From a virus: 64,000 nt of DNA. The stretch covers positions 1 through 64,000 of the IMG/VR virus record IMGVR_UViG_3300050343_000215; one strand, given 5' to 3'. A model generated the notes under the pieces. It was not told where the DNA came from and searched no databases. It saw only the letters and a list, made by a program, of their open reading frames with translations. Position numbers and translations under genes: made by a program. Below are positions 53,397-62,944 of the stretch, piece by piece (position 1 is the stretch's first letter; every line of letters begins with the position of its first letter).

Positions 53397-53458
53397 GGAG
53401 GTGGTCTGAATGGGCAGTCGCGACATCCAGCACCACAGCATCCTCTATTCTTTATCAT
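53381..53458 (-). CDS. Cys-rich micropeptide (25 aa)
   Basis: MIKNRGCCGAGCRDCPFRPPPRQTT*. Confidence 0.5.
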   Translation of the reverse strand: MIKNRGCCGAGCRDCPFRPPPRQTT

Positions 53459-53651
53459 AAAGTTTCTCTAGTTTTTCTCTAGAAAGATCCACATACATAA
53501 CCTTCTCACCTAGTTGAGGTGCTTCAGGATGTCTCCGAGATCTAGCACCCCAGTAAATAGATTTAAGGTTGTAGTACATAAGAGCAAAGGCACCGCCAGC
53601 AATGATAGCGAAGCATGTGAAATAAAGAAATACTTCAAAGTTATTCATCAT
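53445..53651 (-). CDS. Small membrane protein
   Basis: TM helix then RHPEAP. Confidence 0.65.
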   Translation of the reverse strand: MMNNFEVFLYFTCFAIIAGGAFALMYYNLKSIYWGARSRRHPEAPQLGEKVMYVDLSREKLEKLYDKE

Positions 53652-53893
53652 GCCCCCTGAAGGGACTGAAGTGTGTTGTGAAGTTCTCCAATATCTAGGA
53701 GACCTTCAGCACTGAACCATGGAGCATTTGCCCAACTGAATCCTTCACCCATGGTGCTATCGGGTGCAACGATATACCAATGACATGCTGTGTCGGGTAC
53801 ATCTACGGCACACTTAGACCAATCATCACTCCACTGTGGGACTTGCACCCACATCAGAGCAGCAAACATAATACTAAAGAATGATTTAATCAT
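53648..53893 (-). CDS. Cyanophage hypothetical protein
   Basis: VQVPQWSDDWSKCAVDVPDTACHWY. Confidence 0.7.
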   Translation of the reverse strand: MIKSFFSIMFAALMWVQVPQWSDDWSKCAVDVPDTACHWYIVAPDSTMGEGFSWANAPWFSAEGLLDIGELHNTLQSLQGA

Positions 53894-54284
53894 TTGTAAG
53901 TTTCCTTTTTATGAGATGGTCTATTGAGAAATTACCAGGACCACTGAGAACGATACATGCTGCACCTCCCCAGTAAAGAACTAAGAGTTCTAACAAATAG
54001 ATGTTGAAACCAGATGTAAACAGAGCATGATAAATTGCGAATGATATTGTACCTAAGATTGCTAAGGCACCCAGACGAGTGCCTAGTCCACAGATAACCA
54101 TCCAACTCCCGATGACTTCAGCAAATGCTGCGAAGTATGAGGAGACGATTGGGAATGGGAGATGCAATGGTCGTACAAATGCATCCGCAAAGTTTTCAAT
54201 GTTCTCTAGTTTCTCATAACCATGATGGATAAGCATGGTGCCTAACGCTATACGAAGTAATAAGAATCCTAGAGATTGAATCAC
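53886..54284 (-). CDS. DoxX-family membrane protein
   Basis: [16 protein letters not shown]...AEVIG...GLGTRLGA...GPGNFSID. Confidence 0.85.
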   Translation of the reverse strand: MIQSLGFLLLRIALGTMLIHHGYEKLENIENFADAFVRPLHLPFPIVSSYFAAFAEVIGSWMVICGLGTRLGALAILGTISFAIYHALFTSGFNIYLLELLVLYWGGAACIVLSGPGNFSIDHLIKRKLTND

Positions 54285-55336
54285 AATGCATTACCTCTAG
54301 GTAGAACTTCTTCAGGGAATACGAATGACTCATGTGGTTGGTCAACTGGTGCTAACCATGCACGGAGTCCTTCATTTAGAAGAATGTTCTTGGTATAGAA
54401 CGTCTCAAATTCAGGATCTTCTGCTGCTCTTATTTCTTGGGAGACAAAATCGTAAGCACGAAGGTTAAGAGCAAGACCAATAATGCCAATGCTGCTGGTC
54501 CAAAGACCCATAACAGGAACAAAAAGCATGAAGAAATGTAGCCACCTTTTATTACTGAATGCAATACCGAAGATCTGCGACCAGAACCTGTTCGCTGTGA
54601 CCATTGAATACGTTTCTTCTTCTTGCGTGCTGTCAAATGCTTTGAATGTGTTTGCTTGTTCGCCATCTTCATAAAGTGTGTTTTCTACTGTGACGCCATG
54701 GATTGCTGATAGCAATGCTCCACCTAGTATACCAGCAACTCCCATCATATGGAATGGGTTGAGCGTCCAGTTATGGAAGCCCTGTAGGAAGAGTAGGAAC
54801 CTAAATATCGCTGCAACACCAAACGACGGTGCAAAGAACCAACTGGACTGTCCGAGTGGATAGATGAGAAACACACTGACAAAAACAGCGATAGGCCCAG
54901 AGAACGCAATAGCATTGTACGGACGGATACCAATGAGACGTGACAGTTCAAACTGTCGGAGCATGAAACCAATTAGGGCGAAGGCACCGTGGAGAGCCAC
55001 GAAATTCCATAGTCCCCCAAGTTGGATCCACCTGACGAAATCCCCCTGAGCCTCAGGACCCCAGAGAAGAAGAAGAGAATGACCCATAGCATCAGCTGGA
55101 GTGCTAACTGCCGCTGTAAGAAAGTTTGCACCCTCAAGATAGGAAGTAGCGAGTCCGTGGGTATACCAGCTCGTAACGAAAGTTGTGCCAGTAAGCCAGC
55201 CGCCAATAGCAAGATAAGCAGTGGGAAGAAGAAGAAGTCCAGACCAGCCAATAAAAACGAAACGATCTCGTTTAAGCCAGTCGTCAAGGATGTCAAACCA
55301 TCCCCTCCGTTGTTGTTGTAATGTTGACGCGACCAT
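54281..55336 (-). CDS. psbD: Photosystem II D2 protein
   Basis: [16 protein letters not shown]...[11 protein letters not shown]; uninterrupted. Confidence 0.99.
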   Translation of the reverse strand: MVASTLQQQRRGWFDILDDWLKRDRFVFIGWSGLLLLPTAYLAIGGWLTGTTFVTSWYTHGLATSYLEGANFLTAAVSTPADAMGHSLLLLWGPEAQGDFVRWIQLGGLWNFVALHGAFALIGFMLRQFELSRLIGIRPYNAIAFSGPIAVFVSVFLIYPLGQSSWFFAPSFGVAAIFRFLLFLQGFHNWTLNPFHMMGVAGILGGALLSAIHGVTVENTLYEDGEQANTFKAFDSTQEEETYSMVTANRFWSQIFGIAFSNKRWLHFFMLFVPVMGLWTSSIGIIGLALNLRAYDFVSQEIRAAEDPEFETFYTKNILLNEGLRAWLAPVDQPHESFVFPEEVLPRGNAL

Positions 55337-55375
55337 TGTTAAAACCTCTTAATTTATTTGATGTGTTTTCTAATA

Positions 55376-55591
55376 TCATTGAAAACCTTTTGATTGTTTT
55401 ACATCTAGTATTTCTATATGAGATAGAAATTGTGTAGGTGCTTCAAACCATCTAGATTGTACTTGTTCCCATGAAGGGTAATGCTCCGACTGACCGTTAG
55501 AAAATACAATGTTGTATGTGTGACGATCATATGGAGCATCAGACGTTTTAGTAAAATACCGTTCGTCTGAGGGATCAATTACTTGTGTCAT
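55376..55591 (-). CDS. Hypothetical protein
   Basis: 71-aa ORF between psbA and psbD. Confidence 0.7.
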   Translation of the reverse strand: MTQVIDPSDERYFTKTSDAPYDRHTYNIVFSNGQSEHYPSWEQVQSRWFEAPTQFLSHIEILDVKQSKGFQ

Positions 55592-55971
55592 TTTCCTGAA
55601 GTATCGTAACCTAATTCATCATCGGTCTGTTTCATTTCTTCCACAGTCCATGAACCACCTACACCACCATCCATATTAACAGTAATATCTTGTGGTTCAA
55701 CAGTTTCATTTAAATGATGGGGTTTATGTTCCCTATCCATAGGTTGAGACTTAGTGTCATCATTGCGAGAAAGATTCTTAATCACAATAAATGCATCCTT
55801 ATTATACTTACGATGACCAAAAGGGGATGCCCACTTCTTATTGTAATCTTTGGGTTGTTCAATGCCACTCACTTGAGTGCCACCAACTTCAATTACAATG
55901 TTATCATTCATCACATCCCAACCAAGGGTTGCAATGGTTTCCCATAATTCATCCTGTGTCATGTTAGACAT
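55588..55971 (-). CDS. Hypothetical protein
   Basis: Start at MSNMTQ; ATGA overlap with the downstream ORF. Confidence 0.7.
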   Translation of the reverse strand: MSNMTQDELWETIATLGWDVMNDNIVIEVGGTQVSGIEQPKDYNKKWASPFGHRKYNKDAFIVIKNLSRNDDTKSQPMDREHKPHHLNETVEPQDITVNMDGGVGGSWTVEEMKQTDDELGYDTSGK

Positions 55972-56050
55972 AACGTTTTCTTCTGGTTCAAGATTGCCAA
56001 TCATAATAGTAGCACACAAAGTAACGGAACGACAATGGTAAGAATACCTA

Positions 56051-56082
56051 TAAAAAACCCCCCCACATATGTGAGGGGGTGA
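56051..56082 (-). terminator. psbA terminator
   Basis: ACCCCC-TCACATATGTG-GGGGGT followed by a T tract. Confidence 0.75.
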
Positions 56083-56100
56083 AGACTACCATCAGGCATA

Positions 56101-57180
56101 TCAGCCAACAGCAGGTGCAGTGAGTGCAACAGGTGTTGACTCAGCAGCAGCAAGATCCAGTGGGAAGTTGTGTGCGTTACGCTCATGCATAACTTCCATA
56201 CCAAGACCTGCACGGTTCAATACGTCTGCCCAGGTGTTGAGCACACGACCCTGACCATCAAGGATGGACTGGTTGAAGTTGAAACCGTTGAGGTTGAACG
56301 CCATCGTGGAGACACCAAGTGCGGTGAACCAGATACCAACAACAGGCCATGCAGCGAGGAAGAAGTGCAGTGAACGTGAGTTGTTGAATGAAGCGTATTG
56401 GAAGATCAAACGACCGAAGTAACCATGGGCTGCGACGATGTTGTAGGTCTCTTCTTCTTGACCGAACTTGTAACCGTAGTTCTGTGACTCAGTTTCAGTC
56501 GTCTCACGGACGAGTGAAGAAGTAACGAGACTTCCATGCATAGCAGAGAACAAAGATCCACCGAATACCCCAGCAACGCCGAGCATGTGGAACGGGTGCA
56601 TAAGGATATTGTGCTCTGCCTGGAATACAAGCATGTAGTTAAAAGTACCAGAGATACCAAGAGGCATAGCATCGGAGAAAGAACCTTGACCGAAAGGATA
56701 GACGAGGAATACTGCACTCGCGGCAGCGACTGGAGCAGAATATGCTACACAGATCCATGGACGCATACCTAAACGGTATGACAGTTCCCATTCACGTCCC
56801 ATATAAGCATAGATGCCGATCAGGAAGTGGAAGACTACCAATTGGAAAGGACCACCATTGTAAAGCCATTCATCCAAGGATGCTGCTTCCCAAATGGGGT
56901 AGAAGTGAAGACCGATTGCGTTTGAAGATGGAACTACAGCACCAGAGATGATGTTGTTACCGTACATGAGTGAACCAGCAACGGGTTCACGGATACCGTC
57001 AATGTCCACGGGGGGAGCAGCGACGAATGCGACGATGAAACAGATGGTTGCCGCCAACAGTGTTGGGATCATCAGCACGCCAAACCAACCGACATACAGA
57101 CGGTTGTTAGTTGATGTTACCCACTCGCAGAATGATTCCCACGAGGAAGTAGATTGTTGTCTTGAAAGAGTTGAAGCCAT
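56101..57180 (-). CDS. psbA: Photosystem II D1 protein
   Basis: NRLYVGWFG...HNFPLDLA; 359 aa from MASTL; no intron. Confidence 0.99.
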   Translation of the reverse strand: MASTLSRQQSTSSWESFCEWVTSTNNRLYVGWFGVLMIPTLLAATICFIVAFVAAPPVDIDGIREPVAGSLMYGNNIISGAVVPSSNAIGLHFYPIWEAASLDEWLYNGGPFQLVVFHFLIGIYAYMGREWELSYRLGMRPWICVAYSAPVAAASAVFLVYPFGQGSFSDAMPLGISGTFNYMLVFQAEHNILMHPFHMLGVAGVFGGSLFSAMHGSLVTSSLVRETTETESQNYGYKFGQEEETYNIVAAHGYFGRLIFQYASFNNSRSLHFFLAAWPVVGIWFTALGVSTMAFNLNGFNFNQSILDGQGRVLNTWADVLNRAGLGMEVMHERNAHNFPLDLAAAESTPVALTAPAVG

Positions 57181-57189
57181 TGTATTTGA

Positions 57190-57290
57190 AAAAAGTAAGA
57201 CCATCAGGGTAATGGTGGAGTTACTATTCCCTCTGCACCCTTAGCAGAGGTATTAGAGACGTTGTTTATACACCCTATAGGTCTCGGTTT
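57190..57290 (-). ncRNA. Structured psbA 5' leader (PhotoRC-II-like)
   Basis: Three stems GAGAC/GTCTC, CCTCTGC/GCAGAGG and ACCAT/ATGGT upstream of the ATG; the family name is from memory of that motif class. Confidence 0.5.
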
Positions 57291-57297
57291 GAGGGGT

Positions 57298-57376
57298 GTT
57301 ACGAACGGTTAAGAAATGTTTTGGTTTCTTAACCAACTGACTTATTTATAATAACAGGAAACCCTAGATCTGTCAA
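57298..57376 (-). promoter_or_regulatory. psbA promoter: sigma70 plus T4 late promoter, with a palindrome and HLR1-like repeats
   Basis: TTGACA-N17-TATTAT; TATAAATA 57343-57350; GGTTAAGAAA/TTTCTTAACC 57307-57334. Confidence 0.8.
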
Positions 57377-57405
57377 CCTTTTTGCGTAGGTAAATGTGCT
57401 TATCT

Positions 57406-57705
57406 TTAAAGGTCTCCAAATTTATCTCGCATATCTTCCATTGCTTTTTTCTTCTCGGCGTAAATACCATCAATGTATCCAGCACGGTACTCCCATGTCT
57501 GCCCACCCTCTGTTCCTTTTACTGGGTTAATACATTGATTGTCGCCTAATTTATTGCAAACGAGACCAGCAAGGTCTAGTTCACTTCTATCATAGGATGC
57601 AGCTGTGCCTCTAAACATATGCTTGCCGTTAATCCAAGTAGCACCACATTTAGGACATTCTTTTCTCTCTAGTTTGAGATCCGACAGTTCCTTATCGTTG
57701 GTCAT
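57406..57705 (-). CDS. Cyanophage hypothetical protein (Cys-containing)
   Basis: ECPKCGATW...LDLAGLVCN...CINP. Confidence 0.75.
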   Translation of the reverse strand: MTNDKELSDLKLERKECPKCGATWINGKHMFRGTAASYDRSELDLAGLVCNKLGDNQCINPVKGTEGGQTWEYRAGYIDGIYAEKKKAMEDMRDKFGDL

Positions 57706-57848
57706 AGTTTTAATTTCGTATAGTTTTTAAGAGGAAAATATAATCTTGCCTAATAGTCTTATAGCATCAAGATGCTTTTTTCCCCAGGGAATGGTATGCC
57801 AACATGTGGAACCATCATCTTTTAAGATCCAGACATTAATTGATCTCA
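57702..57848 (-). CDS. Small hypothetical protein (48 aa)
   Basis: MRSINVWILKDDGSTCW...; CTAAATA upstream. Confidence 0.5.
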
Positions 57849-57917
57849 TAAAAAAATACCCATAATGGGTATTTAGGTAGAATTTATATGATTTTATAAG
57901 TATATGTTGATATGATA

Positions 57918-58043
57918 TTAAATGCCCTGAGTGGCAGGAACCATCATACCACCACCACCTTGATCGTCATCATCAACATCAATATCAGATAAGACTGCAT
58001 TAATAATAAAAAGAATTACCAGACCCGATGCTAATACTAACAT
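57918..58043 (-). CDS. Small membrane protein (41 aa) following hli
   Basis: TM helix then DDDDQGGGGMMVPA. Confidence 0.65.
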   Translation of the reverse strand: MLVLASGLVILFIINAVLSDIDVDDDDQGGGGMMVPATQGI

Positions 58044-58151
58044 TTACCATACTCCTGGAATGATTTGTCCTGTTGATGCATATGCACCCATTGCTGCAAT
58101 GACTCCGATCATTGCTGCCCAACCATTAATACGTTCTGCGTTTTCGTTCAT
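58044..58151 (-). CDS. hli: High-light-inducible protein (35 aa)
   Basis: AERINGWAAMIG...TGQIIPG. Confidence 0.92.
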   Translation of the reverse strand: MNENAERINGWAAMIGVIAAMGAYASTGQIIPGVW

Positions 58152-58375
58152 GAGTTTTCTCCGAGTGTAAGATAGAATTTAGTTTGATCTGTTGATGCAT
58201 TCTCATAAAATGAGATATCACCATAAGTTTTGTGGTCTTTGTATCCAACCATACGACCTTTCGTATTTTGGATAGCTCCCATCATAGCAATGATGAGAAA
58301 GATTGCAGGTGGTCCAATGATAAGAGCACCACCGATCACATAATATGTGAGGACTTCAAGTAGAGAGGGTTCCAT
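58148..58375 (-). CDS. Small membrane protein
   Basis: TM helix, GRMVGYKDH. Confidence 0.65.
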   Translation of the reverse strand: MEPSLLEVLTYYVIGGALIIGPPAIFLIIAMMGAIQNTKGRMVGYKDHKTYGDISFYENASTDQTKFYLTLGENS

Positions 58376-58517
58376 TCAGTTCCAAAGTTTTGTTGTAAAT
58401 AATTACTCTACCATTATCATGAGTGAATACTAATTCGTCATGATGACCCCAGCAGAGTTCTTCATAGAGGGCATTCAACCGCTCCATGTCTTCATAGAGT
58501 TGATTGGGGTTAGTCAT
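58356..58517 (-). CDS. Small hypothetical protein (53 aa)
   Basis: MTNPNQLYEDMERLNALYEELCW... Confidence 0.55.
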   Translation of the reverse strand: MTNPNQLYEDMERLNALYEELCWGHHDELVFTHDNGRVIIYNKTLELNGTLST

Positions 58518-58539
58518 TAATAGTCAAGGGTCTCCTTAA

Positions 58540-58758
58540 TCAGAATCCAAATGCACCGAAGAAGAAAACACTGCCACTAAAAGCGTATGAGACTACTGCC
58601 GAAACAAATCCTAGCATAGCAACACGACCGTTCAACTTCTCGGCACGTTCAGCATAGGTCTCAATACCATATCTGTCAAGTGCTTCCTTTGTCATATACA
58701 TGGTAGGTTCTGTGGCATACATGTTTGTGCGTCCACCATCCTCAGTTGTTACAGTCAT
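58540..58758 (-). CDS. hli: High-light-inducible protein (long form)
   Basis: EDGGRTNMYATEP, AEKLNGRVAMLG. Confidence 0.92.
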   Translation of the reverse strand: MTVTTEDGGRTNMYATEPTMYMTKEALDRYGIETYAERAEKLNGRVAMLGFVSAVVSYAFSGSVFFFGAFGF

Positions 58759-58814
58759 GTTACGTTCCGTAATGTTTCTTTACATAGTATATAGCAAATC
58801 TTAAATCTTGTCAA
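58759..58814 (-). promoter_or_regulatory. hli sigma70 promoter with HLR1-like direct repeats
   Basis: TTGACA-N17-TATACT; GTTACGTT, GTAATGTT and TTTACATA at a 10-bp period. Confidence 0.7.
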
Positions 58815-58823
58815 GCCCCTATA

Positions 58824-59792
58824 TCAGTCAAATTTCACAAAGAATGTAACGGTAACTACTTCTAGCTGAGTAATGTTAGCATATGATACCCTAAAGTTTA
58901 CTCTATCTCCTGATGTAAATGCAATGGGAGAACTACTCCAGTCTTCAATAACAGAAAAATTCTGTGCTGAATTACTTCCATTCATTTCCAACGTATTAGT
59001 TGTATTAGTTGTGTCACCATTAATTGACAATGCTAGACGGAAAGATTGAATTTGATTTTCAGAATGAACTGAAGCGGCATATACTTTACCAGCATAAGGC
59101 ATTACAGCACCCTCGGTGTTGTCTGTTCCTCCTTGAAACTCAGACCCACCAAAGACCATCGTAGAGTTTACAGCAGGCAATCCAATTCTACCATTAATAC
59201 CACAAGTAAATGCCATTGCAAGACCACCTAGGACCCCTGCAGACGATGTAGTACCTGCCCATCCATCAGTTGATGTAGTAGTACCAGTTACTGCTGCTCC
59301 AGTAGAAGTTGTATTTAAGTATGCTGATGTAAGTCCTGAAGAACCAGTTGACAAATATGTTGATGCAATATCTCCACTGACATCAATACCACTACTAGTA
59401 GTTTCAAATCTTGGTGTTCCTGAATATCTAAGTTCTACACTTCCGCCCTGAGTACATGTAATATAAGGATCACCGAGTCCTTGCTTAGCTCTAATAAGTA
59501 ATTTATCAGTTTGAATAGTTGATGCTGCAGGCGAATTACTATGATAGATCGTAAGTTCCTGAGATGTCCCCATCCTAACAGCATTTGTAGCAGGAGAACT
59601 ATTATTATATCCTATATTTACTTGATCTAAAGTTAATGTTGAAGTAGTAAGTGACGTTCCATCAAGAACTGTAGGTTCACTGGCATCATTAAAGGTAATA
59701 TTTTTTCCTACAGGAATATTAATCCCCTCCGTTGCAAGGAATGGTCCTAATGCGTCCTTACTTAATACTTCGTCTGCTCTTAGTCTTGACAT
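58824..59792 (-). CDS. Fibre-associated virion protein
   Basis: Thr/Gly/Ser-rich; VELRYSG..RFETTSSG fibre motif. Confidence 0.6.
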   Translation of the reverse strand: MSRLRADEVLSKDALGPFLATEGINIPVGKNITFNDASEPTVLDGTSLTTSTLTLDQVNIGYNNSSPATNAVRMGTSQELTIYHSNSPAASTIQTDKLLIRAKQGLGDPYITCTQGGSVELRYSGTPRFETTSSGIDVSGDIASTYLSTGSSGLTSAYLNTTSTGAAVTGTTTSTDGWAGTTSSAGVLGGLAMAFTCGINGRIGLPAVNSTMVFGGSEFQGGTDNTEGAVMPYAGKVYAASVHSENQIQSFRLALSINGDTTNTTNTLEMNGSNSAQNFSVIEDWSSSPIAFTSGDRVNFRVSYANITQLEVVTVTFFVKFD

Positions 59793-59796
59793 TTAA

Positions 59797-60027
59797 TTAC
59801 CACGTAGCGATTGCAACTCTCTTCCATGTATCTGTGCCAACGCAAACATAAAGATAGTTTGCATCCCAACAAATCTCCCCTTCAGTACCAGTATCACTAG
59901 CAGAAGCAATAGTTCTGGCACCTGTCACTGTTAATTTTTTACCCGTGGGAATAGTAAGACCTTCAACCGCAGAGACGGCACCAGTCTCTGTAAAGTTACA
60001 GATTTCATCTACTTTAATTCTGGACAT
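59797..60027 (-). CDS. Small fibre-associated protein
   Basis: GTEGEICWDANYLYVC...TWKR motif. Confidence 0.65.
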   Translation of the reverse strand: MSRIKVDEICNFTETGAVSAVEGLTIPTGKKLTVTGARTIASASDTGTEGEICWDANYLYVCVGTDTWKRVAIATW

Positions 60028-60040
60028 GATTTTTGATTAT

Positions 60041-60298
60041 TTATCGTGGGTATAGTTGACCGGAAGAAGGTCTTCTAGTATGAAATGCTTCTGCTGCTGT
60101 ATCGTAAAGACCACCACTAGGAAACCTAGAAAGTATAAAGTTTTTTGGAACATAAGGTCCGATTGGATTTTCTCCAAATATAAATGTAGGAGCAACAAAA
60201 GCAGTATTTGTTGTTGGTAGACCACCACTGAAACCAAAATCAACTGCTCCCGCAGCAGGAGCAAGTGAAAGTGTATGTGATACTGGTGTATAAGGCAT
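60041..60298 (-). CDS. Hypothetical protein
   Basis: 85-aa ORF coupled to the upstream gene. Confidence 0.6.
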   Translation of the reverse strand: MPYTPVSHTLSLAPAAGAVDFGFSGGLPTTNTAFVAPTFIFGENPIGPYVPKNFILSRFPSGGLYDTAAEAFHTRRPSSGQLYPR

Positions 60299-62943
60299 TA
60301 GGTTGTCCTCGCGAGAAGTAAGAGACCCATACTAGAGCTGTTATCAAGATCATCCAGAGAGTTTTGGTTGGTTTGCCATGCTGCTCTGATCACTTCATAA
60401 ACCTCAGATGCACTGATAGTAATCGTATCTCCTGGTCTAAAGTTAGTTAAACCTGGAGATGTAGAAACCTGAAGTAATACAAAATCATCAGGTAAAGTAT
60501 AAGGAACTGGCATCATCTTTCTAGACAATGGAATTCCTTTCATGGGACGATAGTAATCTGCAGATGCACTTACAGTGTATCCAGCATAATTGTCATAGGT
60601 AGCATCTCTAAAGTATGGTGTTGCTTGGGTACTAAAGTTATTGTTGGTATCAATATTACATGAATATTCATCTGCATAATCGTCCTGGTAGTAATCAGTG
60701 GAGTCTCTATAGTATCCATAAAAAGCTTCTCTAGCTAATGTCTGACTGTCTGTAGGTTCATCACCCGCACCCTGCCCATAATACTTATATCCAGGAGTGA
60801 TAAAGTTATTATATAAAGTCCTACCGCTGCTGGTCCAATTACCAACACAACCCATCCAAACATGATCTAAATCAAAGATATTTGAACCAATTTGATCTCC
60901 TTTGATTAGGTAGAATGTTCCATATTGGTGATCAATCTCATTAATAGTCTGCACAAATTGAATTATGGCAAAGTTACCATCTTGAGGAGACTGTGCGTTA
61001 TAAGAATAAATCTTTAAAGGATATGCTGTGGGAGTAGTGCTTGTAGCAAACTCAATGGTTGTCCAGTGATTTGAAGAATTAGTAACTCCTTGGTAACTAG
61101 CTTGATAATCTAAACCCGCTCTACCTGTATGGAATCCATAATCATCTCCATTACTATTTCCACCTGTTGTTCCCTTACGGTTCAACCAATGCATGAATGA
61201 ACCAGAAGAAATCCACATAGTGTGAGGATCAGCATCAGTATGAATTCCAAATGTATAGTATGAAGTACCGTATTTTTTAGTAGCATCATTTTCTAGTTTT
61301 ATTGTACCAAAGTAACCATTATCAGATTTTTGGAAGAAGTTAGGTCCAGCACCAAGAGTAGTAGTTACAATTTCTAATTTAGCATCAAAAGCATCAGTGA
61401 CAGTTTGATCTGCAGCAACACCAAAATCAACATCGTTATCAGGACTAACTCCCCCAATCTGATCACCAGGAACTGTAAATACTTCTCCAGTAGTCCATCC
61501 TTCTGCAACATTCATAATGGTGACACCGTAAAGCTTGCCGCCGTTGTAGTAAGGATATGAGTCCGAAAAACCCACATAGAATCTAAGATCTAATGCCCCT
61601 CTACCACCAGATGCAGGAACAGTATAGTCAAAATGAACATATGGTTCACCACTGCTTCCGTTGACGCGGGTATTTGCATGAAGAATAATATTTCCTGCCA
61701 TACCAGGAGTGGTATTATTGGCATAGATATATTTCTGCATACTATTCTCTTCATACTCATTAGCATTAAAATCAGGAAATCTGAGTTCAGTAGGCAAGTA
61801 TGAATTTAATTCAGTTTGGCGATAGTATAGTGTATCCAACCTCAATCCATTCTGATTTGCACCACCATCAAGATCAAGCGTTGGTGGATTTAACTCATTA
61901 CCAGTGAAATCATCTGGCCAGGAGACGTGACTAGTACTATATGGTCTATAATTACCACCTGCTTCTGTGTATTGTCTTAAAAGTTTATCTGAAGCATAGT
62001 CATCTGTATTTGAACACAATGTAAATTTCTGACCAAGTGATCCAGAAATTCTATCAACTGTAAATGTTGCATCACCATTACCAGTAGTAATTGTGATAAC
62101 ATCACCCCTAATATATCCAGTTCCTGAAGTATTAATTGTAGCGGTCTCCAAAATACCAGCACTTGAGGTAAAGTCAATCGTCAACCCTGTACCAGATCCA
62201 CCAGTAGTAGCAACATCAGTTCCAGTTACCCCATAACCTGTGCCCGCATTGGTCAAAGTAGTATGAGTAGGAATACCAGGAGTCCTATTATAAAAATAAA
62301 TCTGGTCACCACACAATACATTAATATCATTGTTATCAGCAACACTAGAAAATGCCTGGACAAGAGGAGCTTGTCTATTAGGGTTCATGGCAGAAATTGC
62401 AATTTCTGTTGCACCATTAGCATCTGATAAAGTTGCTGCAAGTTTAAAAGTATCGTTATCTACTTTGATAATATAATATGTTGTACCAAATGTCAGTTCG
62501 GGGATAGCAGCAAGAGGATCCGTTGGTGCATAAGTAGTATAACCCCAAACAACAGCATCACCAGTGCTAAATTGATGGTTTGCCGTAGTAAATGTATTGG
62601 TAGTTTCATCAACTTCAACTGAATCAATAAAAAGTTTCCTTAAAACTCTATATGCAGTAGTACCATTTGCATGTACATCATAGTACACATTCTGTCGTGT
62701 CCGAAATGGCGCTTGACCATAAGCATTGTGATAAGAGCTGTCAAATCCAGTTTGTAAATAATTGCCGGTGGGGCGGGCAGCATCACCATCATGCGATCGT
62801 ACACTCTGAGGAACTCCATCCTGTTGAGTACCTGAGTTCCATCCTAAATCACCAAAGACTTCTTCCAGAGCATCCATAACGTGCCCTGCATTCCATCCAG
62901 TGTTTCCATTATTAACTTGAACTGTGTTTTTTAAAACTGACAT
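60298..62943 (-). CDS. Large virion structural / fibre-island protein
   Basis: 881 aa, Gly/Thr-rich, with LTFGTTYYIIKVDNDTFKLA and GTGYIRGDVITI beta-sandwich motifs. Confidence 0.7.
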   Translation of the reverse strand: MSVLKNTVQVNNGNTGWNAGHVMDALEEVFGDLGWNSGTQQDGVPQSVRSHDGDAARPTGNYLQTGFDSSYHNAYGQAPFRTRQNVYYDVHANGTTAYRVLRKLFIDSVEVDETTNTFTTANHQFSTGDAVVWGYTTYAPTDPLAAIPELTFGTTYYIIKVDNDTFKLAATLSDANGATEIAISAMNPNRQAPLVQAFSSVADNNDINVLCGDQIYFYNRTPGIPTHTTLTNAGTGYGVTGTDVATTGGSGTGLTIDFTSSAGILETATINTSGTGYIRGDVITITTGNGDATFTVDRISGSLGQKFTLCSNTDDYASDKLLRQYTEAGGNYRPYSTSHVSWPDDFTGNELNPPTLDLDGGANQNGLRLDTLYYRQTELNSYLPTELRFPDFNANEYEENSMQKYIYANNTTPGMAGNIILHANTRVNGSSGEPYVHFDYTVPASGGRGALDLRFYVGFSDSYPYYNGGKLYGVTIMNVAEGWTTGEVFTVPGDQIGGVSPDNDVDFGVAADQTVTDAFDAKLEIVTTTLGAGPNFFQKSDNGYFGTIKLENDATKKYGTSYYTFGIHTDADPHTMWISSGSFMHWLNRKGTTGGNSNGDDYGFHTGRAGLDYQASYQGVTNSSNHWTTIEFATSTTPTAYPLKIYSYNAQSPQDGNFAIIQFVQTINEIDHQYGTFYLIKGDQIGSNIFDLDHVWMGCVGNWTSSGRTLYNNFITPGYKYYGQGAGDEPTDSQTLAREAFYGYYRDSTDYYQDDYADEYSCNIDTNNNFSTQATPYFRDATYDNYAGYTVSASADYYRPMKGIPLSRKMMPVPYTLPDDFVLLQVSTSPGLTNFRPGDTITISASEVYEVIRAAWQTNQNSLDDLDNSSSMGLLLLARTT

Positions 62944-62944
62944 T

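Noticed and set aside
54281-57180. Group I intron or homing endonuclease in or between psbA and psbD
   Set aside because: Both genes are uninterrupted and the two intervening ORFs show no HNH, GIY-YIG or EndoVII motif
54430-57244. Many alternative-frame and antisense ORFs over psbA and psbD
   Set aside because: Expected from the higher GC and codon bias of these genes
58769-58783. GTA...TAC palindrome at the hli promoter as an NtcA site
   Set aside because: The spacer is 9 nt, not 8; HLR1-like direct repeats explain it better
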